Assembly: GCA_035524955.1 (NCBI GenBank) | Contig: DATLFG010000042.1 | Coordinates: forward strand, 45,791 to 109,790 | Source of the DNA: Candidatus Limnocylindria bacterium | Lineage (GTDB): Bacteria > Methylomirabilota > Methylomirabilia > Rokubacteriales > CSP1-6 | DNA: 64,000 nucleotides | Reading direction: 5' to 3' | Shown here: piece by piece, positions 62,884-64,000 of the stretch | How positions within the stretch are numbered: the stretch's first letter is position 1 | Layout: every line of letters begins with the position of its first letter | Notes under the pieces: model-generated | The model's input: only the letters and a program-made list of their open reading frames with translations | Database searches by the model: none | What the model was told of the DNA's origin: nothing | Position numbers and translations under genes: made by a program

Positions 62884-64000
62884 TCACAGGGAGATGCTCT
62901 GGGTAAGTGTGTCGATGGACTTCTTGAATTTGGGATCGTCCTGGATCATCGCCTGGATCTTCTCGACCGCGTGGAGCACGGTGGTGTGGTCCTTGCCGCC
63001 GAAGGCCCGGCCGACCTCGGTGAGGGAGGCGTGGGTGAGCTGGCGGGCGAGGAACATGGCGATCTGCCGGGGGAAGGCGATGGCCTTGGTGCGGTTCTTC
63101 GCGCGCATGTCGGAGAGCTTGATGGCGAAGAACTCGGCCGCCTTGCGCTGGATGTGCTCGATCGTGATGATCTTCTCTTCCTCGCCCCAGAGGTCGGAGA
63201 GCACTTCCTGGGCGAGGTCCACGCTCATCTCGCGGCCGCTCAGGGAGCAGAAGGCGATCATGCGGGTGAGCGAGCCTTCGATCTCGCGGATATTGGCCTT
63301 GATGCGGCTCGCGATGAGGTAGGCGACGTCGTCGGGAAGGCGGACGCGCTCGATCTCCGCTTTCTTCTTGAGGATGGCGACGCGCGTCTCGAAGTCCGGC
63401 GGCTGGATGTCGGCGATGAGGCCCCACTCGAAGCGGGAGCGGAGGCGCTCCTCGATCTCGGGGATCTCCTTGGGGGCGGAGTCGGACGAGACCACGATCT
63501 GCTTCCGGGCCTCGTAGAGGTCGTTGAAGGTGTGGAAGAACTCCTCCTGCGTCCGCTCCTTGCCCGAGATGAACTGGATGTCGTCGATGAGGAGGAGGTC
63601 AATGGTGCGGTACTTGGCGCGGAACTCGGCGGTGCGGTCGTAACGGATCGCGTTGATCAGGTCGTTCGTGAAGCGCTCGGTCGACAGGTAGAGCAGGCGG
63701 AGCGAGGGATAGAGCCGCGCGATCTCGTGGCCGACCGCGTGCAGCAGGTGGGTCTTGCCGAGGCCGACCCCGCCGTAGATGAAGAGCGGGTTGTAGGCCT
63801 TCGACGGGAGCTCCGCCACCGCCTGGCTGGCGGCCTGCGCGAACTGGTTGGAGTTACCGATGACGAAGGACTCGAAGGTGTAGCGCGGAGACAGCCCGTT
63901 CGACAGCGGGACCGCGGGGAGCTCGCGCGGCGGCGCGGGCGCGCGCTCGGGCTCGCGATCGATCTCGATCGAGACGACGGGAGTGCCGCCAAGGACGGTG
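62884..64000 (-). CDS. dnaA: Chromosomal replication initiator DnaA (5' end beyond window)
   Basis: AAA+ '[21 protein letters not shown]', '[11 protein letters not shown]', sensor motifs and C-terminal DNA-binding '[17 protein letters not shown]...[20 protein letters not shown]'. The frame continues open to the window edge. The listed 63657-63992 ORF is an off-frame reading. Confidence 0.9.
   Translation of the reverse strand, partial: TVLGGTPVVSIEIDREPERAPAPPRELPAVPLSNGLSPRYTFESFVIGNSNQFAQAASQAVAELPSKAYNPLFIYGGVGLGKTHLLHAVGHEIARLYPSLRLLYLSTERFTNDLINAIRYDRTAEFRAKYRTIDLLLIDDIQFISGKERTQEEFFHTFNDLYEARKQIVVSSDSAPKEIPEIEERLRSRFEWGLIADIQPPDFETRVAILKKKAEIERVRLPDDVAYLIASRIKANIREIEGSLTRMIAFCSLSGREMSVDLAQEVLSDLWGEEEKIITIEHIQRKAAEFFAIKLSDMRAKNRTKAIAFPRQIAMFLARQLTHASLTEVGRAFGGKDHTTVLHAVEKIQAMIQDDPKFKKSIDTLTQSISL

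Noticed and set aside
63657-63992. Separate 111-aa ORF at the right edge
   Set aside because: It is an off-frame reading inside dnaA. The DnaA frame ([14 protein letters not shown]...) continues open upstream to the window edge, so dnaA is one gene truncated by the window.

Overview
A ~70% GC bacterial chromosomal segment that ends in the replication-origin gene block dnaA(partial)-dnaN-recF-gyrB-gyrA, all on the minus strand. Most of the window is housekeeping and metabolic genes. From left to right:
- a wza/wzc/capD-type polysaccharide export operon with a divergent LuxR-type regulator
- an OsmC gene
- a bacterial topoisomerase VI operon (top6B-top6A)
- a soxXYZA plus fccAB sulfur-oxidation cluster
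- a two-subunit molybdenum hydroxylase next to a wHTH-ATPase-TPR regulator
- rmlD, glcDEF, htrA, recR-ybaB-dnaX-SRP RNA, serS, tadA and 10 tRNAs, including all four tRNA-Ser isoacceptors

The most unusual region is an ~8 kb segment of visibly lower GC (about 55-62% against about 70% elsewhere) at roughly 15.8-23.6 kb. It is bracketed by an imperfect ~130-bp direct repeat of the top6A 3' end, at 14232-14360 and 23643-23772. This segment encodes a single-module NRPS with an atypical architecture: formyltransferase domain, C-terminal half of a condensation domain lacking HHxxxDG, adenylation domain with a luciferase-like monooxygenase domain inserted between motifs A4 and A5, and a thiolation domain with no TE. 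It also encodes two NeuD/PglD-family hexapeptide acyltransferases, one translationally coupled to the NRPS, and an Sfp-type phosphopantetheinyl transferase. Between top6A and this segment lies a stretch of gene fragments (SDR, LuxR HTH, PPi-PFK). A GC-rich hairpin repeat family occurs at three gene ends. Many long antisense ORFs in the track are high-GC artefacts. Hand-derived coordinates (tRNAs, repeats, refined starts) may be off by 1-2 nt.
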